Below are positions 24,850-36,243 of a stretch of 64,000 bases of DNA, in pieces. Location of the stretch: positions 62,001 through 126,000 of the forward strand of contig KZ538076.1 in the NCBI GenBank assembly GCA_000934665.2, read 5' to 3'. Source of the DNA: Catajapyx aquilonaris (lineage: Eukaryota). The notes beneath the pieces are model-generated. The model was given only the letters and a program-made list of their open reading frames with translations, did not search any database and had not been told where the DNA came from. Each line of letters begins with the position of its first letter. Position 1 is the first letter of the stretch. The position numbers and the translations under genes are program-made.

Positions 24850-25759
24850 GGTTTGATCCCAAATTATCCTTTTTATCATCATCCTTATCCTTCTTTTCCT
24901 TTGGATCCATATACTTCTTTTCCTTTGGATCCATATACCTCTTTTCCTTTGGATCCATATACCTCCTTTCCTTTGGATCCATATACCTCCTTTCCTTTGG
25001 ATCCACCCACTGGTCCCCGGTGGAGGAGGAGGGGTGCCTCCTTTCCTTTGGATCCATCCACTTCCCTCCGCTGGAGGAGGGAGGATACCTCCTTTCCTTT
25101 GGATCCACCCACACGTCCGCGCTGGAGATGGGGGAGTACCTCCTTTCCTTTGGATTCATCCACTGGTCCCCGCTGGAGATGGGGTGGTACCTCCTTTCCC
25201 TAGGTTCCATATACCTCTTTTCATTAGGATCCATACACTTGTTTTCCTTAGGATCCACACATTTCTTTTCCTTAGGATCCACACATTTCTTTTCCTTAGG
25301 ATCCACATACTTCTTTTCCTTGGGATCCATGTACTTCTTTTCTGTTGGATATATGTACTTCTTTTGTGTTGGATATATGTACTTCTTTTGTGTTGGATAT
25401 ATATGCTTCTTTTCTGTTGGATATATGTACTTCTTTTCCTTAGAATCCACATACTTCTTTTCCTTCGGGTCCACATACTTCTTTTCCTTAGGATCCACAT
25501 CCTTCTTTTCCTTAACCTTAGGATCAATATCCTTCTTTTCCTTAAGAATCTTAGGATCCATATCCTTCTTTTCCTTGGGATCCACACCCTTCTTTTCCTT
25601 GGGATCCACACCCTTCTTTTCCTGAGGATCCACACCCTTCTTTTCCTGAGGATCATTATCCTTCTTTTCCTGAGGATCATTATCCTTCTTTTCCTTATCA
25701 TCCCCATTATCCACATTTTCCTCTTCTTCATCCTCATCATCATCCTTAGTTGCTAAAAT
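24850..25759 (-). CDS. Candidate exon encoding an acidic stretch and about 30 tandem DPKE(KK/RR)Y(V/M) repeats, within a CNOT3 intron
   Basis: Stop-free frame. Acceptor cactcAG at 25760 (an alternative ttttAG at 25753) and a perfect AAC C|GTAAGT donor. Length variants of the repeat units are multiples of 3. Confidence 0.55.
24885..25700. repeat. Minisatellite of 24-bp units with several ~50-bp expanded units
   Basis: Plus-strand consensus about CTTCTTTTCCTTAGGATCCACATA. GGATCC recurs in most units, and the units form sub-blocks of related variants. Confidence 0.95.
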
Positions 25760-25970
25760 CTGAGTGAAGGTACAACATAGGTGAAGACAGGATGAAGGAC
25801 AGCAACAAGTGTGAAAGAAACAGCAATAGGTGAGACCAGATACCAACACACCACAACCTTGCAGCCTAACCTCCCCAAAATTTTCTTCATAAAAGGACAC
25901 CTTCCTGGGTCAGTTTTCTCATGTAGCATGGCCATTTTTAGTGGAGTTTGCTCCCAGTGATATTCAATTA

Positions 25971-26495
25971 GGAAAGAGTAGGCCTTACTGGCGTGCGGGA
26001 GGCGGCAGGGGGAGTGGTGACTGGGGGCAGCTCTGCCGTCAGATGTGAGAGGACCGTAACTCAATATCCACTTCCGTTGCGGCGAGAAAAGAAAGCAAGT
26101 GTTACTGAAATCATCCAAGAGGTGGCATTGGGGGAAGGGGGAAAAAGGAACGGCATCCCAACTCCACCTGTTGGGTGCTTTTGGTACCACTGCTTTTTTT
26201 CTCACCGCAAGGGGAAGTGGACATGAGTTACGGTCCTCTCACATCTGACGGCAGAGCTTGGCTGTGTCGCTAAGGCAAGTATGCAAGGATTGATTTTTTG
26301 GATTTTGGAAGGCGTATGCTGTACCAACCTAACCTTCCTTCCTTCCTTCCTTCCTTGCGGACACAGACCTATCTTCAGTCATACAGACCTATCTTCAGAG
26401 GATACATGCCGATCCTTTATCCTTGCCTTTGCGACACAGCCCGCTGCCCCAACTGACTACTACCCTCCCGCACGCCAGTAAGGCCAACTCTATCC
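25971..26495. mobile_element. MITE with GG...CC termini and an 8-bp TSD (Merlin- or Mutator-like)
   Basis: TTCAATTA|GGAAAGAGTAGGCCTTACTGGCGTGCGGGAGG...CCTCCCGCACGCCAGTAAGGCCAACTCTATCC|TTCAATTA. It has additional internal inverted repeats (GCTCTGCCGTCAGATGTGAGAGGACCGTAACTCA). Confidence 0.8.
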
Positions 26496-27193
26496 TTCAA
26501 TTATAAAGGAAAACTAATTTATCCCTTATCAACATGGGGTTTCAAAAAATCTGGGTTTAAGTCACAATTATTGAATCGATGCTGCTTAAAATCACCACCA
26601 AGTTTCAAGAATCTTCAATGGCTGACATTTTCTAGCAACCACATATAAAACACTTTTTCAACACCCTACAGCCAAAGCTTTAATATGCAATGACACAATT
26701 GCATGCACAATGAAACCTTGTTGATTCCAAATTCAGGGAACCAATAAATGTCAGTTTGAATTGAATTTCTAGTTTATGAATAAAAAGTTATTGCAGGTTC
26801 TAATTGTTTTGTGGCCATAATATGAGAAACAAAAATTGCTAATTTATTGATGCAACTTTTAAAGGTGGATTTTCACAATACCCGAGTCATTACTACTATC
26901 TCGTATTTTTTCACAAGCATAGCTAACATTACTAGGTATAACCTCCACAAAAAAATTTCAAGTTATATGGCAAAAGATACCCTGGATGGTGTCCTTTCTT
27001 TTTAGAAGCAGGTCTACAGTGACAGTCCTGGTTTCCCCTTCCACTACTAGTTTGAACTAGTCAGTAGTGGCCAGCAATGGGCTTATCCCAGAAATGATCC
27101 CTCACAGGATGGATTGTGGTGTACCATCATAATGTTTAGTGACAATTGTTCTCAAATGAAGTGAAACTCAGTTTTTAGAAGTCTGTTTCTCAG

Positions 27194-27594
27194 TAGAGAA
27201 AATCCGGGCTTGAAAGTTAAAATTTGAACATTTTTGCATTGCAAATAGCCACAAAAGGTACTAGGAACCTGCTCGAGTTATTATTATAATTTTTATGACA
27301 ATGGTCTGTGATGGATAAATTTTTCGGTAGTATACTGTTCACAAATAATAATCCCAATAAAATTACATGTACGATTTCCCATAGTAATACCCAATTTGGG
27401 TCATTGTCACATTGTGCAACCAGCATTGAGCAGGCACTGATTTTGTGAAGAATATGCATCACAAAATATTGATTATCATCTACCATTGTCATAGAATTTA
27501 AATGTAAATTTCCAGAACATTACTAATGCCTTCTGAGGCCATTATAAATGCAAAAAATTGCAAATTCACAACTTTCAAGCCCAGATTTTCTCTA
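27194..27594. mobile_element. MITE
   Basis: TAGAGAAAATCCGGGCTTGAAAG...CTTTCAAGCCCAGATTTTCTCTA terminal inverted repeat. Confidence 0.6.
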
Positions 27595-28341
27595 GCTAAA
27601 CACATTTAAAAACTTTCACTTTTTCATCTAATATAATTAGAAACTTGCACTAAAAATTATCATGGTACAGCACAAACTCAATCCTAAGAGGGCTTTCCTT
27701 ATAAAGCATTAAACCAGAGTTGACCCTACCACTAAGAGTGGGTGAGAAACCAGCCCATACACTCGGTTTTCAAAAAAAAAAAATGATAAGGTCCTCCCTA
27801 TCCCCTTCCTGGTAGACCTGTTGGTGCTCATTCCCAAATATTAAAACTCTGATGCCAAATACTTATCATGGTTGGCTGAAGTCTAGACAATCTACATGGG
27901 ATGGAGTCAACATATAAATGGATTGCAACACATAAGGTACATATGGCATGCATTCTTTGTTATGATAAAGCCTTGTTCCAATTGTTAGTGTCTCTCAACC
28001 TCACATGTTAATAGCACTGGAAACACTGTTAGTATGCTAATGCCAGTTCCAACATTACAAAAAAAAAGCCTCACAAATGGTATTTCAGTGGAATGTAGCA
28101 TTCAAGTGCCAGATTTTTTTTCACAATTGCACAAATGGAACAGACACAGCAACAGTTTACATAGTGTGCCTGTCACAAGCATCACAAAGTCACTGTTGCA
28201 AGGAAAAGACTGCCCATTTTAATGTTAAATGACAAATTGCAGTAAAAGTAGGGGGAGGAAAGAGCTGCTCCAGAAAATAATAGAATCCATGTCGGTATTC
28301 AGCACTACTGCACAGATAGAAGATAGCACAAATTAGACAAA

Positions 28342-28904
28342 GGACATGGCACTGGGGTTCTTTATGGAAAAGTTCAGGCAGATGGATTTGGATGAAACTT
28401 GGTCAGGTGATAAACCTTGACCTTAGGGTCAATTGTTCTGAAGGACGCAGAAAATCTACCATGCCGTTTGGCTGCGAGAGGCGCTCAAAGTAAGAATTTC
28501 AAGTGGTTCCTATCGGACTCATTTTCACAAATTTTGTTGAGTTTCCAGAGCCGAGTCAAATGAGCCATGTGGCAATTTTATATGACAAACCATTTGGCAG
28601 TTATTGTTGTCGCACCTATAATCCATATGAATTCGATTGTGCTTCTAGCGGTCAAAATATTTGTCACAGAAAATTGCCACATGGCTCATTCGACTCAGCT
28701 CATGAAACTCTAAAACATACGTAAAAATGAGCCTGATAGGAACCACTTGAAATTCCGACTTTGAGCACCTCTAGTGGTCAAACGGAGTAGTAGATTTTCT
28801 TCGTCCTTCAGAACAATTGACCCTAAGGCCAAGGTCTATCACCTGACCAAGTTTCATCCAAATCCATCTGGCTCAACTTTTCCCATAAGGACCCCACCAT
28901 GTCC
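28342..28904. mobile_element. Short foldback copy of the 12328-14512 family
   Basis: AAA|GGACATGG...CCATGTCC|TTT with arms of about 260 bp homologous to the large element's termini (AAACTTGGTCAG..GATAAA.CTTGACC..AGGGTCAATT..CTGAAGGACG). Confidence 0.85.
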
Positions 28905-28912
28905 TTTATTAC

Positions 28913-29667
28913 TAGAGAACAGATTTCTAGGTTTTTCCTTATTTTTTATTCTGCACGCAGAACACAGGAACCAAAGTATCTATCCGTTTCATAACACAAG
29001 GACCTCAAATATGGTAGTTTTATAGAACCTGAAATTGCCAATTTTGGGCATTGGAACCTAAATGGCCTATTCACGCCTATTTCCACCTTTTTGACGCCGT
29101 TCTGTAGGATTTTCGATGATTTTCCATTCAAGGCATCCTTCCCGCTTCAATCTGCAAAGAAGCTGTAGGCATGCCAGATGAACTTGCAGTATCAGACACT
29201 GTACTTTTCAAGTATGATCCAGAAACTTCGTGTGACGTTAAAAGGTCATTTTCAGTGTATAAAGACATAGTGTCAGTCAGGTATCACCTACTAACTCAAG
29301 AAAATACACGAAAATATGATGCAACTGCTAGTTTGCTAACAGGAGGCGGAGTGGCACTGCGGTAAAGTATGCGCCCAAGGATGTTAAGGTCTCGATCCCA
29401 GCCCGGGGTTACCCCTTCATCTCGTGCAGAGTTCGGGGTCAACTCTGGCTTCGTCTCAGGTGGTATCTCCATTAAGACAAACCACACCGGGGAGTTCACA
29501 AAATGACCACAGCAACGACATTGCACTGCACCTTGCACATCCTCTACTGTCATCCTGACCTTGGGCCTGGGTGCTTCAAACAAAAGTTACAATGTCCAAA
29601 ATAACGGTACAATAAAGGTCTGTGCGATATACCCCAAGAGCCAAGAGGGGTGAAAGCACTACCCAGG

Positions 29668-29721
<54 letters not shown>

Positions 29722-29863
29722 GCCTGTAATATTATATAGGAACAAAAATAAATGAAGACCTGCTTGATTTTTACCGCCTATTTAAGAGCCTATTCTGACT
29801 GTCTTCAGGACCTAAATGCCTACCTTTTGGGTTTTTTTTAAGAACCTAAAAATCTGTTCTTTA
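28913..29863 (+). mobile_element. hAT-like internally deleted element with a transposase C-terminal remnant
   Basis: TIRs TAGAGAACAGATTT / AAATCTGTTCTTTA. The peptide FKYDPETSCDVKRSFSVYKDIV...LTQEN at 29171-29325 resembles the hAT dimerisation motif (S.ERxFS). Confidence 0.65.
29345..29720 (+). mobile_element. tRNA-derived SINE with an (ATT)n tail, inserted in the hAT-like element
   Basis: A-box-like GTGGCACTGCGG, B-box-like GGTCTCGATCCC, and a 3' tail of about 17 ATT units at 29668-29720. Confidence 0.65.
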
Positions 29864-30820
29864 GTCATTACATACATGGGAATAAAAAATGAACTAATTT
29901 TTCTGCTGAAGCGATGAGAAGCTACATGCTTGTCCAGTTTCCACTTACATAAGTGAAAAAATACTTGAAATTCATTATCTGGCAAAAACACAATGGCAGC
30001 CATTGTAAGTGGAAAAAACTGCCATCACTTCCACTTAAATAAGTGGAAAATGGAGGTTTTCACTTTTTAAGTGGAAATTAGGGCAGTTTTAAGTTCAAAA
30101 CGTGTCTTTTCCATCCGTTATAAGTAGAAAGAAATGCTCCGTTTTACATTAATCACAGTGTAGAGAAACACAAAGTTTGTCTGGCCTGAATTCAGCTTGG
30201 GCAATCAGCATTAATTTGTACAAAACTTTCTCAAGAAGGGTTACAAAAGCAAATAGTATTTTATAAAGTTTTTTTTCTTTCTTCCGACTGGGATGCTTTT
30301 TTGACATTCCACTTCTTCGGTCTGTACGCATGGAAAGAGCTGACATTCATAATGTTAACTGGCAGAAATCACAATTAGTGAGCACACTTTCCCACAATAA
30401 AGGTTGCAATCTACTCTCATGCATGGTTTTGACAACAGCAAACAAATCACAAGCAATACATGCAGTGGCAGCAAGCATACAATTATACTGGTACTGTGCG
30501 TGTCTACTCATCTATACTTGTGTTAATTCAAAAGTCATGAGTACATACCACATTCTTACCCAGAGCCAAATATATCAGGTGCTCAGGTGTAAATCAGGGT
30601 AACTGACTTTATACCTTTTCAGGATAAGGAAGTTTACACCACTGACTTCTACTATGCACTGGATTGCTGATTGCTGTGATCGAGACTACTATTCTTGCTC
30701 CAGAGCCACCTTGGGGCTCAAATTGGCTTTAGAGCTCATGTATCTAGGGTAGCTCAAAATCAGGCGAAAGCAGCTCTTTCTACATGTGACGTGATTATGT
30801 CCCTTCAGCCACCCAGTATA

Positions 30821-31032
30821 CAGGGTGCCTCAACTTTTTTGTCAGAACAATTATCGGAAATATTGCACTAAGCTGCTGATTTTTTTAGCAGTGACTTGCA
30901 ACCAGTGATGCTTCCCTGGCTTTATCAGTTGAGGGATGTGCCAGGAATGTTGAGGCATATTCTGGCTACATAGCTAGAAGATACATAGGCTTTTCCGATA
31001 ACTGTTTGGACAAAAAAAGTTTAGACACTCTG
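30821..31032. mobile_element. Tc1/mariner-type MITE
   Basis: TA|CAGGGTGCCTCAACTTTTTTGTC...GACAAAAAAAGTTTAGACACTCTG|TA. Confidence 0.7.
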
Positions 31033-31107
31033 TAGGCTACTGGGCACAAGTCAGTAGTTGACACAATCACACACAGGCAATAGAAATTACAAACTTCAGC
31101 ACCTTAA

Positions 31108-31609
31108 AGGGACACTCCACTCAAAATACAAGTTGGGCTCTAAAAATCGGGCAAAAAATCCTGACTCCGAGGGTATAAGCAGTTTTTCTGAGAGACGAAC
31201 GGTAAGGCCAGGGCGAAAGCTGGAAGTGTGTCGGTCGAAAACCGCGCTCAAACGCCCGGCGCAGGTGGCAACGCCACCCTCTGAGGGTGACGTTGGATAG
31301 TAGCGCCGCCCTTCCCAACGGCGACTTGGATAAGTTGCCTGCGGGTATGGGGATCCGTGGGGATCTGGTTGTGTCCGAAGCCAACTTCCCCTAGTGCCCG
31401 TTGGGAAGGGCGGCGCTCTATCCAACGTCGCCTAACTTGGCCAGGTGGCCAGGCGGAGCCACTCTCGAACAGACCTGGAATTTCTTCCGACTTTCGTCTC
31501 TTCCCCTGACATTACCGTTCGTCTCAGAGATAAACGGATGGTATCACCGGAATCAGGATTTTTTGCCTGATTTTTACAGATCAACTTGTATTTTGAGTGG
31601 AGTGTCCCT
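31108..31609. mobile_element. Kolobok-like MITE, copy 2
   Basis: TTAA|AGGGACACTCCACTCAAAATACAAG...CTTGTATTTTGAGTGGAGTGTCCCT|TTAA. Confidence 0.85.
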
Positions 31610-32529
31610 TTAATAGTTCTTCCACCATATTGGCTATGTCCAGTGAATTTCACATCTTTTACATGGGACAAAATTAATATTTTGAATTTGGCAGTTACCA
31701 GACTTCATACCTTATCACCGAAATTATCATGTTGAACTCAACATATTTTTGAAGGTTACTCAAAAAGTTTTATAATGTGATCCATTGATGGCATGTAAAA
31801 CTTTTGAGCAGATAGTGTAACTGATAAACAAGAAGCAGCTATAAGATTTCCTTAAGATTCCAGTTCTTACACTGAACTACTACGGACACCCCCAGCACTC
31901 ATCTGACCTGAATCTCGGCAATTTTGACATTTTCCCACAAACGCAGCCTTGCAAAGCTCACTTCCAGGATCCTTGGCAACAAAATCACCCAGAGATGCAT
32001 ATCCTAGCAAGTTAACCACTGTAATAATACAGATAGTCCGTTCCCCAATGGCTGCAGCAGGTTGGCCCTTTGCAAACACTTTGAGGCATAGTAATTATGA
32101 AGACTATCATAATTTAGGATGATTATGATTGAGGAAGAGGAGAGGTTCTCACTACTAGTTTTTCTGCAGTTCTAATGAGATTGGTGAACCATGTATGGAC
32201 CACTGTAAAAGTTCTTTGACTATGCTTCAAAAATATGTAGGTACAAAAAATAAATGTTCTACCTTTCCAATGACCTTTACAGACTTTTGAATCAATGCAA
32301 ATATATTTATGAGTCTTTACTAACTGTACTTGCAATAATCACTTTCCCTTCCTCTGAAATCGCACAAGAATTCCGGAGCCATCTCCATGTATTGTCCAGT
32401 GTTGAAATGTCATATTTCCAATATATTCCTTTTCCATAAGAATGAATCTTTACAGTACTCACAATCTTATTCATTTGTGGATTAACCACCTGTGATGATC
32501 TAAAAAGGCACTACAGTAAATTCAATATA

Positions 32530-32704
32530 CAGTCGACTCTGGGTATAAGAGACTTCAAGGGACCACGGAAATCAGTATCCTATAACCGAGGTTTCCTATA
32601 TCTAAATACACATGACATATATGAAAGTATGCCAAGACCAGCCTTTCAAGTTGGCTATAACTGAGGTTGCTTATAGCTCAGGCTCTTATGTCTGGAGTCG
32701 ACTG
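32530..32704. mobile_element. pogo/Tigger-like MITE
   Basis: TA|CAGTCGACTCTGG...CTGGAGTCGACTG|TA. Confidence 0.7.
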
Positions 32705-33241
32705 TATTAATGTAACTAAGTACTCTCTTGTTTGCTCAAGAAAAAAGATTAGGTTCAATCGAAATAAAGGGCCTGCAGTGGCAAGTCATAAAATATCCTT
32801 TCAAATCTTTTTTCACACATGAGCAGACAAGGGTACAAGCACAGGATCTTGAAACAAAGGCACATGCATTAACTGGGCCATTCAACTAGATGTAAGCATT
32901 TAAAAAATGGAAAACCAAGATGTCCAAGTCACTGCGATTTCAAGCCCCAGGCAATAGGAGCCATTGTGAGAAACACAAATTCAATTAACTCTGTCGGTGG
33001 TGAAATACCATATTCTACAGCAAAATTCACGTTTATAGTCAGAAGGAACAATGGAGGTGACCTTTTCATCACATATTTTTGAATCAAAGGATAGCATTAT
33101 TAAGTTATTAAACAGATGTATAAATATTTCCACTTCCTAGATATCCTGGTTCTCCAAAAAAATACTCCATCCTGAACAGTTGCAATGCCCCAAAGAAACA
33201 CAAGAATGTTGGTCAAAGAACACGTTAGAATCCAGCAATTA

Positions 33242-33412
33242 CAGTGAAACCTCAACATAAAGCTCTCGCACAATGCTGTCCTGCTTTTAACACCCTATTT
33301 TTCCAGTCCCTTGAATAGCCCCATATGGAGCATTTCCTGCATAAAATGAATTCCTGCTCATAATGCTACTTTGAGTCTGTCCCCTGAAAAGCATTATATT
33401 GAGGTTTTACTG
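33242..33412. mobile_element. pogo/Tigger-like MITE
   Basis: TA|CAGTGAAACCTCAACATAA...TTATATTGAGGTTTTACTG|TA. Confidence 0.7.
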
Positions 33413-34548
33413 TACATGAAAGAACACTTCATCTACTGTTCTACTGCTGAAATAGTATCGATCAGTAAGCAGTTCTCTAAAATAAAGGCCATGTACACTA
33501 TGTGTGCAAACAATGTCTCCTGACAGTCACCAACTGAAACAGGTGTTATGACCATCTACCATGTAGTAGGCATAACACCATATCTAAAAAGTTTCGGAAC
33601 TCTTCACAGAACCTTCACATATGTCATTAAAAGATCAGGAAAAACATGGTCCCAATTGCATGCAGGGAACCATTTGGCCAATTTCAAGATTTGACTCCTC
33701 ACTCTGTTGGCTCTAAAACACAGTAAAACACAGTAAAACCCAAATATGACAACCCTCATAATTCCAAAATACAGGTACTTCCTCCCATGCAATATTGTAT
33801 TCCTGTCTTCTCCTCATCCACTTTTATCATGCTTGGATTATCATCAATATATTATCTGACTATGGGCATTCACCCTGCTATAAGGGTCTCTCCCTCCCAC
33901 CCCCTCAACCATTAGTCGACACAATTGTGAAAGAATTCTCCAGTTTCAGATGGGCTTCACCTACCCACCATGTTTGGTTGTAATCCAACTGACAGTTGAA
34001 TAGGGAGAAAAAATGGTTTACCGTGCTTAATGCACACAAGTGGAGCAGTGAATCATGTCAACATTTTCACTAATTTTGGTGGTCATCACTAAATTGACCC
34101 ATACTGTTTTCCTACAGAAAGTCGCATCAGCAGATTTCAATAAAGCTGTTTGCATGAGTGTTGCATGTCCTAAGCGTCGTTATTGCAATGTGCTCATGTG
34201 ACTTTTTCTGTACAATGGCAGCATACTCTGCTTCTGATGTCACATGCCAGATTACCATCTGATGCACCTCACATATCTCCACCACTAACAGCACATTTAA
34301 TCTGACTAGTCAAACATTTTTACACAAATCTGCCCTGATTGCAACCAAATCTGGAGAGTGAGTGCAAAGTAACCCCACCACGGACATCTGCAGTGTCCAG
34401 CATCAATTTATTCACAATGTATCCACATGGTTGACTGGTCTCCCTTCAGTTGAATTGCCCTTGTACAGAATTTCTAACCTTATGCAGTACATTCCATTTA
34501 CAATAACGTACTGCATATATGAACAAATAAAACTTGTAAAGTACATAC

Positions 34549-34781
34549 CTGAGGATAATAGGGCGGTATGGGACATGGGTTTCGAGGCATGTATGGCCTC
34601 ATTTTCTCATTATCAGATGGATGAGGCAAGTGGTAATAAGCAGCTTCTAGCATCTGGAACTGATACTGATGTTCCTTCTGCAATGGCACAGGGCCAAGGG
34701 GTGCCACGCCTAGTAATGGAGGGATGTGAGCTTCCGATGGCTGCTGCTGCTGGTTCTTGTTAGAGGTTTCAAACAACAGAA
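34549..34781 (-). CDS. CNOT3: CNOT3 coding exon 11
   Basis: ...SEAHIPPLLGVAPLGPVPLQKEHQYQFQMLEAAYYHLPHPSDNEKMRPYMPRNPCPIPPYYPQ, the conserved segment before the NOT box; ttccAG acceptor and GTatgt donor. Confidence 0.92.
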
Positions 34782-34838
34782 CTGGAAGAAATGTTGCATC
34801 AGCACCTGAGGTGGTCACATAGAAGAATGAGTCTTTAC

Positions 34839-34923
34839 CTCTACTTGGATCATTCGTGACCATATCCAAGGAGGCTCGCTGTAATGGATCCTGTGCCATG
34901 GCTTTCAGGGACAATGCCTCCAT
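34839..34923 (-). CDS. CNOT3: CNOT3 coding exon 10
   Basis: MEALSLKAMAQDPLQRASLDMVTNDPSR, with the SLKxMA motif seen in CNOT3; tttttcAG acceptor and GTaaag donor. Confidence 0.85.
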
Positions 34924-36243
34924 CTGAAAAAGCAGAACTTGGTCACCTGCACTTTCACACAATTCCACATTTACAGTTAACAAGTGTACTGGATTCAAGA
35001 AAAAGAGTAAACTGCATGCAGGTAAATGGATCTGAATACATCAAATAGAGTACAACAATTATCCTGATTTAAAGGGATAATTACAACGTACAGCCTTATA
35101 ACCTGTACAAATACTATTAACATTCAATCATATTGAGCTGGCTCAATCAGAAATACTATCTACAGCCTTGGTGAATCGGATTTTGAATGTATAATTTCTC
35201 AGTGTTCCAAAGTGCCACATGACATGGCCAGATCTCAAATTTTTAAAAACATATAAAGGGTGGGTTACGAAGACGTAACATACACCTGCGTCACTTCCTT
35301 ATGCAACATGGCGATATCATTGTCTTGGTTCATTTTTACATTTGAGGCACAGTCATACAGTGTGTTTTAAAATTTAGCTCACATCCATATTTACATATAT
35401 GTCACATCCACCCACAACTCCTGTTGGCCCTGAAGGTGGGAGTACAAGGGAGAGAACCAAGGAGCTAGGCATGAGGGATGTGAGTTTGGTCCTTCTGAGA
35501 AACAAAAATTTGGCAGGCACAAAGTATCAATTGGGAATAGGAGTCCACAACATTTCAATTATGAGCTAAATTCTGAAACACATGGTATGATGATCAATAC
35601 CACTGAATTGATTAAAATTGTCAGTAACAGTGCAAACAACACTGTCACAAAGGAAGAATAAAAGCCACAGGGAGGGGTATATGGTTCTTCAGTGTCTTCA
35701 CAGATCTGAAACCAGTGAGAAACTCACTGAATTTCCATATATTGTCTCAAACAGTCAAGAATGGCAAGTGGAAAACTTGGAAGTAACTGGAAGCTATGCT
35801 TAATAAACAAGTGTTACTAGACAAGTGTACAGTACTTTCTCCTTCCAGTTTGCATAAATCTCCTAATGATCGTCTTAAAATAAAACACAAATAAATTTGA
35901 CTGTTTTTGATTTATAAATGGGCATTTAAAAAATCTGCAGTGGTAATTTCAGCTAAAAAAAATAACATCCATGTTGTCCTCCCAATCTCTACTTTCAGCT
36001 AATTGCATGAAACGTGTATAATATTTCTAAGAAATAGTAGGGTAAATTACCTATAACCTGTTCTATGTAAGTCTTCTAAGTTGACGCAAAAAGACAAATA
36101 TCTCAGTTCTCCACCTACTGTAGGTTAGCCCTGCTTTCACAAAAAAATTAATTTCCAGCTTTGGCCCATGCACAAATTTTTTACAGCTGGATCCCAAGGG
36201 TTAGGTAGGAAAAACTATTGTGGATTATAAATTACATTCTTAA

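Noticed and set aside
24885..25700. CRISPR-like array
   Set aside because: The units are contiguous tandem repeats without unique spacers, the context is eukaryotic, and there are no cas genes.
24789..25756. Long plus-strand and alternative-frame ORFs over the minisatellite
   Set aside because: These are shadow frames of a 3n-periodic repeat. Only the minus-strand DPKEKK frame has matching splice sites.
32123..32335. LINE-like peptide (LIRTAEKLV)
   Set aside because: It is too short and degenerate to support a call.
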